Assembly (NCBI GenBank): GCA_001938485.1
Contig: MQRK01218924.1
Span: 73,017-137,016, forward strand
DNA from: Girardia tigrina
Lineage: Eukaryota
Direction of reading: 5' to 3'
Length of the DNA stretch: 64,000 bases
Part shown: piece by piece, positions 1 to 12,488 of the stretch
How the letters are laid out: the number at the start of each line of letters is the position of its first letter
Numbering within the stretch: the stretch's first letter is position 1
Made by a program: the position numbers and the translations under genes
Notes under the pieces: model-generated
Told to the model about the DNA's origin: nothing
Database searches by the model: none
What the model saw: only the letters and a program-made list of their open reading frames with translations

Positions 1-306
1 ACGTGTTAATATATGTAAAATTTTAAATTGTAATAAATGTTATTTTTCTGTTGTATATTCATTTTTTGAACTTTATGTCATTTTGTTCTCAAATAGCTGC
101 CGCACCCTGTATATAAGCAGATTTTTTTGGATTGTCTATACATTCACAATTAATATAAAAATGTATCATTTTGAATAATCTTTTCAATATCCATTAGCAT
201 AGTCTCTTATATAAACTACATCTTGACTGTAAAAGATCATATCATACAGTAAGATGTGAATCTAGACAAATCAGGCCGATGTCTCAACAATTTTATATTA
301 AAAATA

Positions 307-1583
307 AAGGATGAGCCAAAAGTAACTACACAATTTATTCTGTTTAAAATTTTTTTCGGGTTTACTTTTGTTTAAAATTTTTAAAATTATTTTATTCCAC
401 GGGCCTAGAATTTTTATCATGCCAAGATACACAACGGAGCAAAGAATATTTATGATCGAATCTTCAATAAAATTCAATAATTCAATTATTTCTGTTCAGC
501 GTGAATTTCAAAAGCGTTATAAAACTAAAAATGTTCCAGAGAGAAGAACAATTTTAAATATTTTAAATAAATTTTTGACTTCTGGATGTGTGGTAGATTT
601 GCCAAGGCTTGGGCGTCCTAAGATTGTGAGATCCAACGCGTAGAAGAAAATGTTCAATTCAAACCAAGATTATCGACAAGAAAACGTTCGAGTCATCTGA
701 ATATTTCGAGGACATCTCTTAGGCGAATTTTAAAAATTGATCTGAAAATGAAAGCCTACAAAATTCAGATCTGCCAAAAACATCAACCGAATGATTTTCA
801 GAAACGAGTTCATTATTCTGTCAGAATTCTGCAAATGGTGGTCGAAATTACAGATTTCATTGACAAAATGATAATGACTGATGAGGCTCACTTTTGGATG
901 GACGGGTATATAAATAAGCAAAATTGGAGGGTCTGGGGTTCAGAAAATCCCATGGAGGTTATTGAACGAACTTCAAATCACCAAAAATGCACAGTGTGGT
1001 GCGGTATTACTTCTGAAGCAATAATTGGGCCTTATTTTTTCGAAGATACTGATGGTCACCAAATCAATGTGAATGGAATGATCAGAGAGATTGTTTTACC
1101 ATTCATCGAAAATAAACCGGATATGTGGTTCCAACAGGACGGGGCCACATGTCAAACTGCAAATGAGACTATGAATTTGCTAAGAGATAATTTTGGTGAC
1201 AGAATTATTTCAAGACGTGGTAACATTGAGTGGCCTCCAAGATCTCCAGATCTTAACGCACCTGATTTCTTCTTATGGGTTATCTAAAAGACTGTGTATA
1301 CAAAAGAAACCCAAGTTCAATATCAGATCTAAAGAAAATTATAACCGAGGAAATAAGATCAATTAAGCTATCAGTTTTAAACAGGGTAATGAAAACTGCC
1401 ATAGAAAGATGTATAATTTGTCAATCGGGAAATGGAAAACACCTAAATAATGTAATCTTTAAAGGATAAATTAATAAAATATAACTTTTAAAGTTTATTT
1501 TTGTTTTATTGTTTGTTAAATTTAATAAAAGGAAAAGAAACTATAGGTTAAATAAATTGTGTAGTTACTTTTGGCCCACCCTT
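307..1583 (+). mobile_element. Tc1/mariner-superfamily DD41D (rosa/VS-type) transposon, full length, degenerate
   Basis: ~32-bp TIRs (aaggatgagccaaaagtaactacacaatttat vs rev-comp aagggtgggccaaaagtaactacacaatttat), TA at 305-306 and 1584-1585. Catalytic motifs TDEAHF ... QQDGAT-(41 aa)-D with WPPRSPDL. Confidence 0.93.
419..1469 (+). pseudogene. DD41D transposase pseudogene (stop/frameshifts)
   Basis: ATG 419 MPRYTTEQRIFM (HTH), then ORF pieces 748-1287 and 1275-1469 ending WGYLK..VY; frames broken near 643 and 1275. Confidence 0.9.
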
Positions 1584-2550
1584 TATTATTTACAGCCATA
1601 CAGTTTATTAAATATCTAGCAATTGAATTTACGGTTGATTATAGTTACCATATAATAGAATTTTATGGCATAAATATTCAAATCAAATATCAACAAAAAG
1701 TCAAGATCAAATTTCTATTTCGATCTCATTATATTTATTATGATTATCTTAATATATGATACATTTTTTTGAACAAAGATTAAAATTAATATTTTCACTG
1801 ATGACCAGAATGAACTCATTTTAATATTCGCATCTTGCTATTATTCTTCTATCCGGCAACTCAATTTGGGATGATATATCGTTCTAGTTATAATTAATGA
1901 AACATTCAATTTTAGATGACACTATTATTTATAACAAATTATTGAAAACTATTTTAGTTAAAATATTTTCTGTCACTTAACTTTTCTTTCTAAATGCAAT
2001 ATTCACAATAAATAGATCGTTGTTGTAAATTAGTCATCAGATTAGTTTACATAAATTTTAAATTAATATTAAGATAAACAAATAAATATAATTTATCACT
2101 TTTTCGTATTAAGATTGGGGAAAGAAAATGTTTTGTCACTAGAAAATTTAAAACAATATCTTTGCAAATGTTTTACAAATTACTCCGGGGGCATTATATT
2201 TCATCACGACTGGTTTTATAAAGAGGATAATTTATATTTCAAAATAGATTTTTTTATGCACTATTTTAAAATACTTTCAAATGAAATGGAAATTTTATCA
2301 TTCAATTGTTCAAAATAGAGGATTTACTTTAATTAATTGTAAAATGTTCATATTTCATAACCCCAAATAGTCTCGACTGTTTTTTGATAAAATAATATCT
2401 AAAAGATATTTTCTTTGCTATTAGTTTCTAGTTAAAATGTTAGTTGGAGTTCCTTTTACATTGGAAATCTGTTTCAATTAGATTGAAAAATATTTTATCT
2501 ATGACTTCTCCAGTTGCTACAAAAAGACTGAAATGTTTAAGGATTAAGGT

Positions 2551-4148
2551 TAAGGTTCCAATCCCGGGATTTCGGGATTAAATTTCTTCCAATACCGGGA
2601 TTCAGATTACACTTTATTAAGTTTATTTTTACAATAAAAAACGAACAATAATATAAAAATATTCAATCGAAAAATAATAAATTTATAATTAGATAAAAAA
2701 TCTAATAAATAACATTTATTTGTGCCAGAAGAATCATAATCGCGAAAAATTTAAGCGTAGAAAAGATAATTTGTCAAGAGTGTTATCATTCAAATCGGAG
2801 CGGATCTTATTGCATATGTATTTAGTGGTAGAGAAGATTCTTTCCGATTTCACAGACGTAGGAGGAATTGTCAGTAAATATTGATATACACTCTCTAAAT
2901 GGAGCTCTCGTTTGCCTGACTGGACTGCAATATTAATCTCATAATTAATGAAACTTGAATAGGTTACCCGCTCTGTTGTATGTATTGTAACTGAATTTGA
3001 AAAAAAACAACCACAATAATTTCTTGTAATCGGTACTCCATTATAAGATGGTCATTTGATGGTGATGACTCATTTCATTCTTTAAACTCCGAGGAATGTG
3101 AGTATTCTCTTCCAAACTTTGTACTTCTCCATATTATTCTTGCAATGGTTTAAGACGTATCAGTCTTTTTCTTTTTTTCTTAATTGTGCTTACGGGTTGT
3201 GCAGATATTGAAGGACAACTGATACTTCATTGTACCACTGTTCTAAAATTTCTTTTTTGAAGAGATTTGAGAAGCTCTTCGCTAAGAAAATGAGATTGTG
3301 CTTGCAGGTTCTTCGCTTCTGCAGATAGCTGCAACTGCTATCTAAAATGATTTCAGTGTAGAAAGGATTTTCTTCATGATTTCAAAATCTTCATCAGTCA
3401 AACGGACGCTCGTATTCACATCAATAAGAGCTTTTTGAACAAGTGACTTTACAATTAGCAGTCTTTCCAAAATGTTAACTAAACTAACCCAACATGTTCT
3501 GTAGTCTAAAATCTGAGACATATTGCTGGTCATGTTATTCTATCAACGTATGTAATTAAGTAAAATACTTCGTACTTCTGCGGTAATCGTTTAAATAATT
3601 TTACAACCTCTCGAGCTTTTTTCATCACTTCTTTTATGTATCCTTTTGAAAATACTTGAGATTGGTACGTATAATATTTCTTAAGGGGTTTAAAGATTAA
3701 AAAAAATGGTTTTTGAAAAAAATGCTTTTTTATTTTAAAAGTAATTTTTTAATAAAAAAGTGCTAAAAATTACTTTAAATTTTTACTAAGCTACATCCTT
3801 ATAACCAGAAAATATTTAAAACTCTTTTTTGGTTATAAATTTGGAGCTTAGTAAGAATTAAAAGTAATTTTTATAGCATTTTTTTTAAAAAATTACTTCT
3901 AAATCTTACTAAGCTATAAGATTATAACCAAAAAATATTTACTACTTTTTTCGGTTATAAATTAGTAGCTTAGAAGAATTAAAAATAATTTTTTGCATTT
4001 TTGGATAAAAAAAATGTTAAATCTTACTAAGATAGAAAGTAATTTTTCATAAAATTGAGAAGAAATAACGAAACGACGATTTATGGTCAATAATCCATGG
4101 ATTTACGGACACCCATTTGGGTCAGGGATCCCGGGATTGGAACCCCTA
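2551..4148 (-). mobile_element. Degenerate, internally deleted hAT transposon
   Basis: Inverted ends taaggttccaatcccgggat / atcccgggattggaacccta. Minus-strand hAT motifs LDYRTCWVSL (TRWNS-like, 3342-3533) and C-terminal LLTIPPTSVKSERIFST...IRSDLNDNTLDKL (~2755-2880). TSD only imperfect. Confidence 0.8.
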
Positions 4149-5411
4149 TTAATGATATATTATTTTAGGCGAAAAATATTTATAACAAATTTAGTTCTTG
4201 TTCTAAATAAACTTTTTCTCTCGATGTACCTTTTCCTTTATCATGGTCGCAACACTGTGCATAACGTTTGGTTCTTCTCACTTATCCTCAGTAAAAAAGT
4301 AAATTGAATTTTGGCCCTCGGCTTATATTTTTTCTTTGAAAGACTTCACAGCAATAAAGGTTACCCATCCTGATACTATTTTTGTTTCTTTTATTATACT
4401 AACACATTTTTTTATAAAGTATAAGACGTTTGTATTTTTACCTCAATAATAACAAAACAAATTAACAAAATTTTTTCATACAAATTTGTTTAATTTCGAT
4501 TATTTAAATTAATATTTTTTTCAAAAATTGAAAAACAAGATTAGCATTTAAAATAATGTCAAAAATATTAATTATCGATTGTTTGAGGATTTAAATAGTA
4601 AAGTAAATGAAAGAGTCGACTGAATCGACCGGGGAACACAAACATATCTAATTGGCACGCGATCCCCATTCAATAGAACATTGTCAATCCGTTTTGATTA
4701 ATTGATTTCTATTGTAACTTGACCCATGATTGTAAAAATTATTCACATAAATCACGAATTGCTTTTTTAGTACATTAGAAAAAATAGTTAATCATTAACA
4801 AAGTTTTGATTTATTCAAGATCCTATTTTGTTGATATATCGCTCACTTTTTTATATTTCGGGTAAAAGATAGGGTGGGCTTTGTATGTTAGCTATAATTT
4901 AATTTTTGTCTGTTTACCTATTTACTTCAATAAAATGTCTAAATTTACCAATAGACATTATCACCATCGAAATTGTCACTCTTGGCGTCCCAATATGTCA
5001 TACACGTCATTATCCAGTAAGACTAAGATATACTCATTCTCAATTTCAACTGGTATTTGTGTCTTACTATTTTTAAATTTCAACTTTTATATAAATCTGC
5101 TGAAAAATTTTGGTTTTGGATTTTCAAATAATAAAATTTCTATACATAAAGAATAAATAGAAATTGCCGAAAATAATTTGAAATCCAATAGGTTAAATGA
5201 AATGAAATTAGCAAAACAATACAAATTTCGAACAATCACAAACAGTCTCAAATATAAGACTATAGAAAGCAAGATTAGAGACAAAACATAGATATTTGGA
5301 TCCAAAAAGCAGATGAATTTCTGTCAACGAATTCTTTAAGAATTCATTGTAGAGGTGTTGAAGATTGTAAGAAAGTGTCGAATTTTTTTTCGTTCTTATG
5401 ATTTTTCTATT

Positions 5412-5560
5412 TTTACCACGTTTTTCTTAGCTTGGTTTCTTGTGTGTCTATCTGTTTGTCTGTCTGGAACAAATCTTGCGATTGATTTTTCGACCACTTT
5501 CAGTCATCCAATTGAGCTGAATTTTTTTATACAGGCTTACTTCCGATGACAATACAATAT
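5412..5560. repeat. Fragment of a dispersed non-autonomous repeat with (TGTC/TGTT)n microsatellite, related to 18662-19330
   Basis: tgtttgtctgtctggaacaaatcttgcgat is close to the reverse complement of atcgcaagatttgatgcatccagacagacaaac (~18966) and of the copy at ~19273. Confidence 0.55.
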
Positions 5561-5993
5561 TTTAAAACATTTACGGCTCTACATAAACCGCATATGCTAT
5601 AATTAAATAGCTTATGTCTTATATGGGAAAATAATCCGTTTTAATGATGTACGGAAAAAAATAATAAATTGAACAAATATTGTGAAAATCAAGTGATAAT
5701 TAAGTGTAGAAGTATTAAAATTAGGTTTAAAAAGACTATAAAAGGTGAAATATTGAGATAGAAGTGAATTTACTGAATAGATTTTAGTGCTTAGTAATAT
5801 TTGTATAAAAATAATAGAAATAATAGAAACTAATTTTAACTTTATGAAAAAAATCAATAATATTAATTAATACGTACAAAAAAATTATTTTGAAATAAAA
5901 CTTGCTTTTATTAAAATAAAACTTTGTTATTTTATGTTCTTTTTTATTGCTTTTATATAAGAAATGAGTGATTATGCAATTACTTACGTAAGT

Positions 5994-7495
5994 CTAATCG
6001 AAAACTCTTAACAAATTAGTTGAGAATGCTGTTTGAACATTGATTTTCGGATCACATGATCTTATCAACAATGCTTCACATGACACTGTCTCCCAATAAT
6101 TTTTAAAATGCTTGCACAAAATCTTAAAATCATTTATGCTCATATTACATTTACACGTTTTTATGCTCAGCAATATTACTCTTATCCCCCTTTTTGACTG
6201 TGTTCTTGGACTCTTGCAGAGATGATGGATGGGCAGTCTCTCCAATGTATGTGGCATTGCACCCATTACATGTGTATTGATAAACAATGTCCGAACACAA
6301 TCCTAAAGGAGTATGTGATTTATTACAAAACATATTCTCAACTTTAAATGATTGAGAAATAATTTTTAAATTTAAAATATTATTTGTTGATTTCAAAATC
6401 GAATTCTTGAGGTGTTTAAAACCCTCGTAAGCTTATAGTATACCCAGGTATAAAGCAGTTTTCAATGTTTAAACTATTAATTTGTTCATTATTGTTTTTT
6501 TTTCTTTTTCAATTATTTTATCTACAGTCTCACGAGTGAGTCTGTCTATGATGGACTTAGAGTAACCGTTATTATTCAATAACTTGCTCAATGTATCAAT
6601 AGTTTTAATAGATTTTGAAAACGTAGAAGAAAGAGACCAAGAGCGGTATAACAAACCTTTGATCATATTCCTTTTATATTTAAACTCACAAAAACTGGTT
6701 ATGAAGGTGTATAAACCAGTATCAATTTTCTTTCGATATATTTCAGTTTCATAATGATCATTTTTCTTTTCAATTAACAAATCAAGGAATGGTAATTTTC
6801 CGTTTATTTCCTGTTCCACTGCAAAGATTATATTTGAATGAATCGAATTCATGTAATCTTGAAAAGGAAAAACATGTTCTTGAGATTCAAAGACTAGAAA
6901 GATATCATCCACATATCTCTTATAAAGTAGTGGTTTTTTCCCAAAAAACAATTCTATTTTTTCTTCAATGGAAGAAAGAAATATAGAGGCTAACGTTGGA
7001 GCCAATGGTGAACCCATTGCAACCCCATCTATTTGTTTGTACCATTCACCATTAAATAGAAAATGAACGTTTGAAATAGCAAATGTTAAGAGTTTTCGAA
7101 AAGCAACTTCATCTAAATCAGAATTGTCCAGATTATTCTTACGCCAGAGTTCACAACATAATTCGATGGTTTCCTGTGACGAAACATTAGTAAATAGACT
7201 CGATACATCAAAGGAAACCATAAAATCATTTTCAGTTCGTATTTCAAAATTAGCAATGGAATTCACAAACACAAAACTGTCCTTACAAATAAAATCATTA
7301 GGAATGAAAGATTTTATCTTCTTGTCTAGATATTTAGCAATATTGTACTGAGATGTACGGATCATAGATAGAACCCGTCGCATTGGAACTCCATCTTTAT
7401 GTACTTTAGGAAGACCGTATTATTTTGCTGGTTGAGAACCAGATACATGAAGTAAGTCAAAAACATCCTTCGTAATGTGTCCATCATTTAAATTT
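5994..7495 (-). mobile_element. Penelope-like retroelement, 5'-truncated and decayed (RT + GIY-YIG endonuclease)
   Basis: YGLPKVHK..PMR, SFDVSSLFTNV, GVAMGSPLAP, RYVDDIF, LPFLDLLI, YRK in ORF 6469-7383. GIY-YIG IVYQYTCNGCNATYIGET and EALLI...PKIN in frameshifted ORFs 6151-6396 and 5994-6287. Confidence 0.93.
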
Positions 7496-7887
7496 ATCGA
7501 GTCTATTTAATAATGTTCCGTTACAGGAAACCATCGAATTATGTTGTGTTTTTAACTGTTTTTAATAATTTTCTTTTTTAAATTAAATATTTTATGCTGT
7601 TTTAAAATTTTGTGTTTAAAAAAACATTTTATAATATTTTTACTATTTTATGAAATTTTTGAAACTGCCTTATATTTAATATTCATTTTTTTATTTTAAA
7701 TATTTATTTTTTAATCATATCCTTAATTAAATTTAAAATTTGAAAAATAAATTTTTACACTTATTAATAAAATTTTTAATAGAATTCAAATTTTGACTAA
7801 AATTAATAATTTTAAAACTATTTAATCAGATCTGTTTTGATCAACTCCTATTTATACTAAAATAATATTTTAATTCAAATTAATTTA

Positions 7888-8077
7888 CCGTATTTACACG
7901 ATTAAGTTTCTGTCATTTTACCAAATTCATCAATATCGAGGAAATCTGCGCCTTCGTTTGTAGGTAAATCCCCATTTTTTAGAAAGGCGTGTGATTTCAA
8001 TTTAAAATAAAAAAAAAAATAAAAAATTAATACAAAAACCTTATTTTAATAAACGCCGTTTATTCGAGGAAATACGG
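7888..8077. mobile_element. 190-bp Tc2/pogo-type MITE
   Basis: TA|ccgtatttacacgattaa ... ttattcgaggaaatacgg|TA: CCGTA termini, imperfect 18-bp TIR, TA on both sides. Confidence 0.7.
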
Positions 8078-10106
8078 TATAAAGAATATTTATAATTCAA
8101 ATTTAAAATATTTAAGTATCATTCTAAGTATTAATTTTAAATTTTGATGTTGATTTCAATTCCAAATAATTTTTTAAATTATTTAAATTTTGATCAGCGA
8201 ACTGAAAATTAACTAACTCCTCATAGGGATGAAAAGGATATTTATTTTTTTTTCATTGTAATTAAGTAATTCATGCTCAACAATTTAAATATAATATCAC
8301 AACATGCGTTCTTGAATATTTAAACAAAATTTTAGAATATGAAAAAACCAATAATTGTTAACGAGAAAACGATCCGAACAAATTAGGTGCACGATTCGTT
8401 GGTGTCCCGGGTTCACTGAGCTAAAATACTGTCATTTACAATTGTTTTGCATTTGAATACGTTGTAATAATAATACACATTTCATATCGTGGTGAATGAT
8501 TTGCACCAATTAAGTCAATACTCGTCATAGATTGTCAATGAATATCATTAATTATTGGATCTACAAGTTCAAACATGTTTCGAACACAAATCGATTATGA
8601 ATTTCAATAATTATCAGTTTTATTGCTTGAATCATGTTTCTGTACTTAAAAAATGTTTCTTATCTTTAATTGATTTCTGTAGACTTGAAAAAGTTCTCTT
8701 GTAACATTTAAAATTATTTTATGATTTGAATATTTTATTGTAATTATTCTTTATTTCTGAATAATTATTAAAATTTAAGTGCATTTTCATTACTTTTATG
8801 ATTTAGTAGAAAAGTAAATTTTCAAGATTTTATCTTCACAGTTTAAAAAAAAAACTTTTTTATGTTTGTTTTTTAAATATTTTTTATGGAGTATTTCTTA
8901 TGATGGTTGAATTAAAGATATTCTGTCATTGTTTTTTTACAAAATTATCATTCAAAATTTGTCATTTGATACGATATTTTTTTATTCTTAGTACAAAATG
9001 TCTTCGAATATTTGTGTTTAATTAAAGAATATGTTTTTTTAACAATCAATTATCGAAAATGAGATCTAAATTTAGCCATTTGATCATTATTTTTATTTTC
9101 TGTGATGAAATTGGTTCAATAAATTAATAAAAACGGTTTATATGAAACAATTTTGAAACAAAAGGGGTCGAAAACATTTGCAAAAAGGTTTATCTATTTA
9201 TATTTTATAATTCAAATTCAAATCAATTATTAAAATTGTTTTTTAATATCTTTACTAATTCAAACGTGAACTAACCAAAATTAGATGGAGACTAAAAATT
9301 CAAATTGGGACTATTCAAATTTAAATATAGTTTTTTCACTATAAACAATTTGAAATAAAAAATTAACGACATAATAAAATTGAAAATTATTTTTTTATTA
9401 TTATTATTACAAATAATAACATTAAATTACCTCTTAATGTAAACAATGAACAACCGTGATTTTTCATTTAAAATCGAACATCCGTCATATTTAACTCATC
9501 TTTGTATATGAGCGATATATTTTGTACATTTCACAACCGTTATATTTTTTATATTTTCAATTTTGACTTTTTAACTTTGTTAATTGATATTAAGATTGAA
9601 TCATAACGGCACTGTCTAATTTTTTTGAATTTCTTTGGCAAATTCTCTTTTAACATCAGCTTTTAAACTTGACTTAACATAAGGCTCTACGTTCAAAGTC
9701 TTAGTAATAGATTATCTCTAAATTAATTTCCATAAAATCCTGACAAGGAGAGTAATCCGTCACCGATATAAGTTTTGATTGATACATGCTTCAAGTGTTT
9801 CGAAGGTAATGACGACGATTTCTCCGACTTTCGGCTTATAATTGGTTAATAAATCAAGCCAAATAACGTATATATTTGATCCCTTACAACCAGTAGAAAA
9901 ATTTGTACAAAAACTATTTTTATCGTCTCTTTTCTCGATATAAATAAATTGAATTTTATTTCATCCATTTACATCATTGAAACACTACTAACTTTGTATT
10001 CTAAAAGTTTATGTACATCGTTAATTCTTTAATTTGATTCTCTTCATTGTTAACTTTTAGTGATTATTTATGCATACCTTTTAATGTAAACAGCATTGTA
10101 TTTAAG

Positions 10107-10457
10107 AAGGCCTCTTCCCCTCAGTGGTAGCAAAAAATTGCTGGTGCGGCATTCACCCGGGCTAATAGCTCATAGAACTTATAAGGAACTGGTTCGGTGT
10201 ATCATTATCCGAGCACTTACGTGCAAGTCATCAACAGATTATGGGCTCCGCCACTACACGTTTCCATAATTCCACTTAGAAAGTATTGCTTTTTACGGTG
10301 GTGGATTGCAAGCCACTATACTAAGTTGGTCAGAAACTCCAACCAGGCAAGCTTACAAACACTTTAGCATAGAGAAGAGATCTTAGTTTCATAGGGACAC
10401 CGCGTGGGGGGTATGTTCGTCTGGCTTAAAAACAGGTTACCAATGTAACAGGTTCCC
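10107..10457 (-). mobile_element. Short non-autonomous retroelement (SINE/SIDE-like) headed by an HDV-like ribozyme
   Basis: GC-rich island bounded by a perfect 10-bp direct repeat TGTATTTAAG (10097-10106 and 10458-10467). No TIRs, no ORF in the track, ribozyme fold begins at base 1 on the - strand. Confidence 0.75.
10355..10457 (-). ncRNA. HDV-like (nested double-pseudoknot) self-cleaving ribozyme, probably partly decayed
   Basis: Hand fold: P1 GGGAAC/GUCCCU (G1-U wobble, one A-C mismatch); J1/2 hairpin GUUAC-AUUG-GUAAC; P2 ACGAACAU/GUGUUUGU (8 bp); P3 ACC/GGU; L3 CCCCACGC; imperfect P4; J4/2 GCUAAA with putative catalytic C at 10367. The expected P1.1 G is A in this copy. Confidence 0.7.
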
Positions 10458-11203
10458 TGTATTTAAGTATAGTCCTGAACACTATGTATAAACTGAAATT
10501 ATGTGATTTTCTCGAAATGTTTCTCGATTTAATCAATTCACACCTTCCTTAATTTGACTTTAATTAATCTCACTTTGAATTTATTTTTCAATAGAAGATT
10601 TTCACCTAAAATGAAAATTCCGATTTAATAAATATTAAGAGTAAATTTTAAAATGGAAATATTTTTAGTACATTATTCTTTCGAATTTTTGATATTTTCT
10701 AATCTATACCCAGTGTTAGGGTATGTCATTTAATGTGCTTTTCCTCGATATGACAGATACAGTTTTTCATTTATAATTTTTCATAATGCAACATTATGTT
10801 GAAGTAATATACTAAACAAATCACTACTGTTTTGCCAAGATAATCATTTTACTTATGCCAAACATTTTTGAAGTAGTATTAAATTAAAATTTAAAATTAA
10901 AATATTATAACGTTTTTATATGTTCGCTGTGTTGTCTCTTGTCTCTTTGTTGTTCTGAGTGAAATTTTTCAATCCTTTTTTGGTTCTTTCAAGTACAGAT
11001 AGAGTTCTGAAATTTTTAAGATACCTTAGAATCAGAAGACAATGAGTTATTTGAGAATTTATAGTTAGCTAAACTTTGTTTTTGATATAATTGTGATCGA
11101 TTGAATTTTTGTTTACAATAAAAACAAACAAATCACTCATACATAAAATACTGTAATAATATGCTTTTCAGTAAACGATAAAAATCCTTATATCCTATTT
11201 ATA

Positions 11204-12488
11204 CGTAGTGCGTTCAACAAGTACCCTTAGGTAAAAAAATTTAAATGTCAAATTTTAGTTTTTTTGCGTGATTAAATAAATGAATATCAGTTTTAATTCC
11301 AGTAATTGTTTTATTTTATCAAACTCAATAAAATTTTTACTGTGACATTTTGAATTTTCGTCAGTGCAATGATTTCAGGCGTTGAATATCGCCGCGTCAT
11401 CAAGTTCTTTGTGCTGCAGAAGAAGACTTGCAGTGAAATCTGTTATCCTTTGCAGTCAACTTAACTACATGACTCTGATAGCTGTTAAATAGTTGTTCAG
11501 AAAGTTTTAAGGTCCGTGGCACCTTAGTTTTTTGATCAAGAAAACGCAAGTCGGCCACAAGAAATTTTTGACACAGTTGATAAAAAATTTTAGAAGATGG
11601 CCCAAGAACAGCATCGAATTACAATGTAAATGCTGTCACGAAGGCTCAACATAAGTGTTGGTACAATCCACGCCGAATTGAAATCCATGGGAAACAGGAA
11701 AAGGTTTCCATATTCTTACCTAGCTTCTTGACTGGTGAAATGTTGCGAAACCGTTTGGAGTGCAGTTAGAAAAACTTGAATCTGTGGGAACAGAATGGTC
11801 AGACTTTCCTGGCAAATTTAATTACGGAGGATGAAATCCCACTCAGTATGTATTTGTCTGAAACAAAGCGTGAGACAGGAGAGGGAAAACTGCCTGGAGA
11901 GATGCCATCTTTGAAGATGTGAACTCGGACAAGTCATGGATGATTCATGATACTTTCCTTTTTCTGGGATCATAAAGATGTTATTCTTATGGTTTTCGCG
12001 GAAAAAGACATCACCATCAACGCTGCCTATTACAACCAACCAAGTGGTAACCGGCAAAAAGAATAGATAGAAACAGAAGAACATGCCATTATGGTTTCTC
12101 CACGACAATACGCCAGTGCACACATCGGACATTTCTCGGGCAACAATTGAAGGTTTTGGATTAGTACTTGTGGATCATCCACCGTACAGCCCAGATTTGA
12201 CGCCTAGCTATTTTTACATCTTCAGACACACAAAGAAGCACTTGAGAGGCATCCCGTTAGGATCTAAAAACTATTTGGAGGTTGCCGTGGAGGATTTCTT
12301 CGTACATAACCCCCATAATTTTTCAAAAAGGTGTTTTCTGAGTTGATTATTCGTTAGCTGAAGTATGTGAAGCAAAACGGACATTAAGTTAAAAATGATG
12401 CCTATATGCGTTAGGCTTGTTGTGTTATAAAATGACTCTTTGTAATTCATTTTCTTTGTCAGACCGGGTACTTATTGAACTCACCATG
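11204..12488 (+). mobile_element. mariner transposon, full length, highly degenerate
   Basis: TA|cgtagtgcgttcaacaagtaccc ... gggtacttattgaactcaccatg|TA. Motifs ITEDE, FLHDNTPVH, HPPYSPDL; many stops. Confidence 0.88.

Noticed and set aside
5850-5993. Hammerhead ribozyme expected in Penelope terminal repeats
   Set aside because: No CUGANGA...GAAA core with flanking stems found downstream of the ORF, or around the second Penelope fragment (60300-60870).
4615-8425. GC-rich patches at ~4615-4670 and ~8360-8425 as paired TIRs
   Set aside because: Only short similarity, no convincing inverted alignment or TSD.
10107-10200. Twister ribozyme suggested by AGCCCGGGUGAA...GAGGGG on the - strand
   Set aside because: The upstream conserved GGUCCC and UAAC elements and the pseudoknot pairings could not be found.
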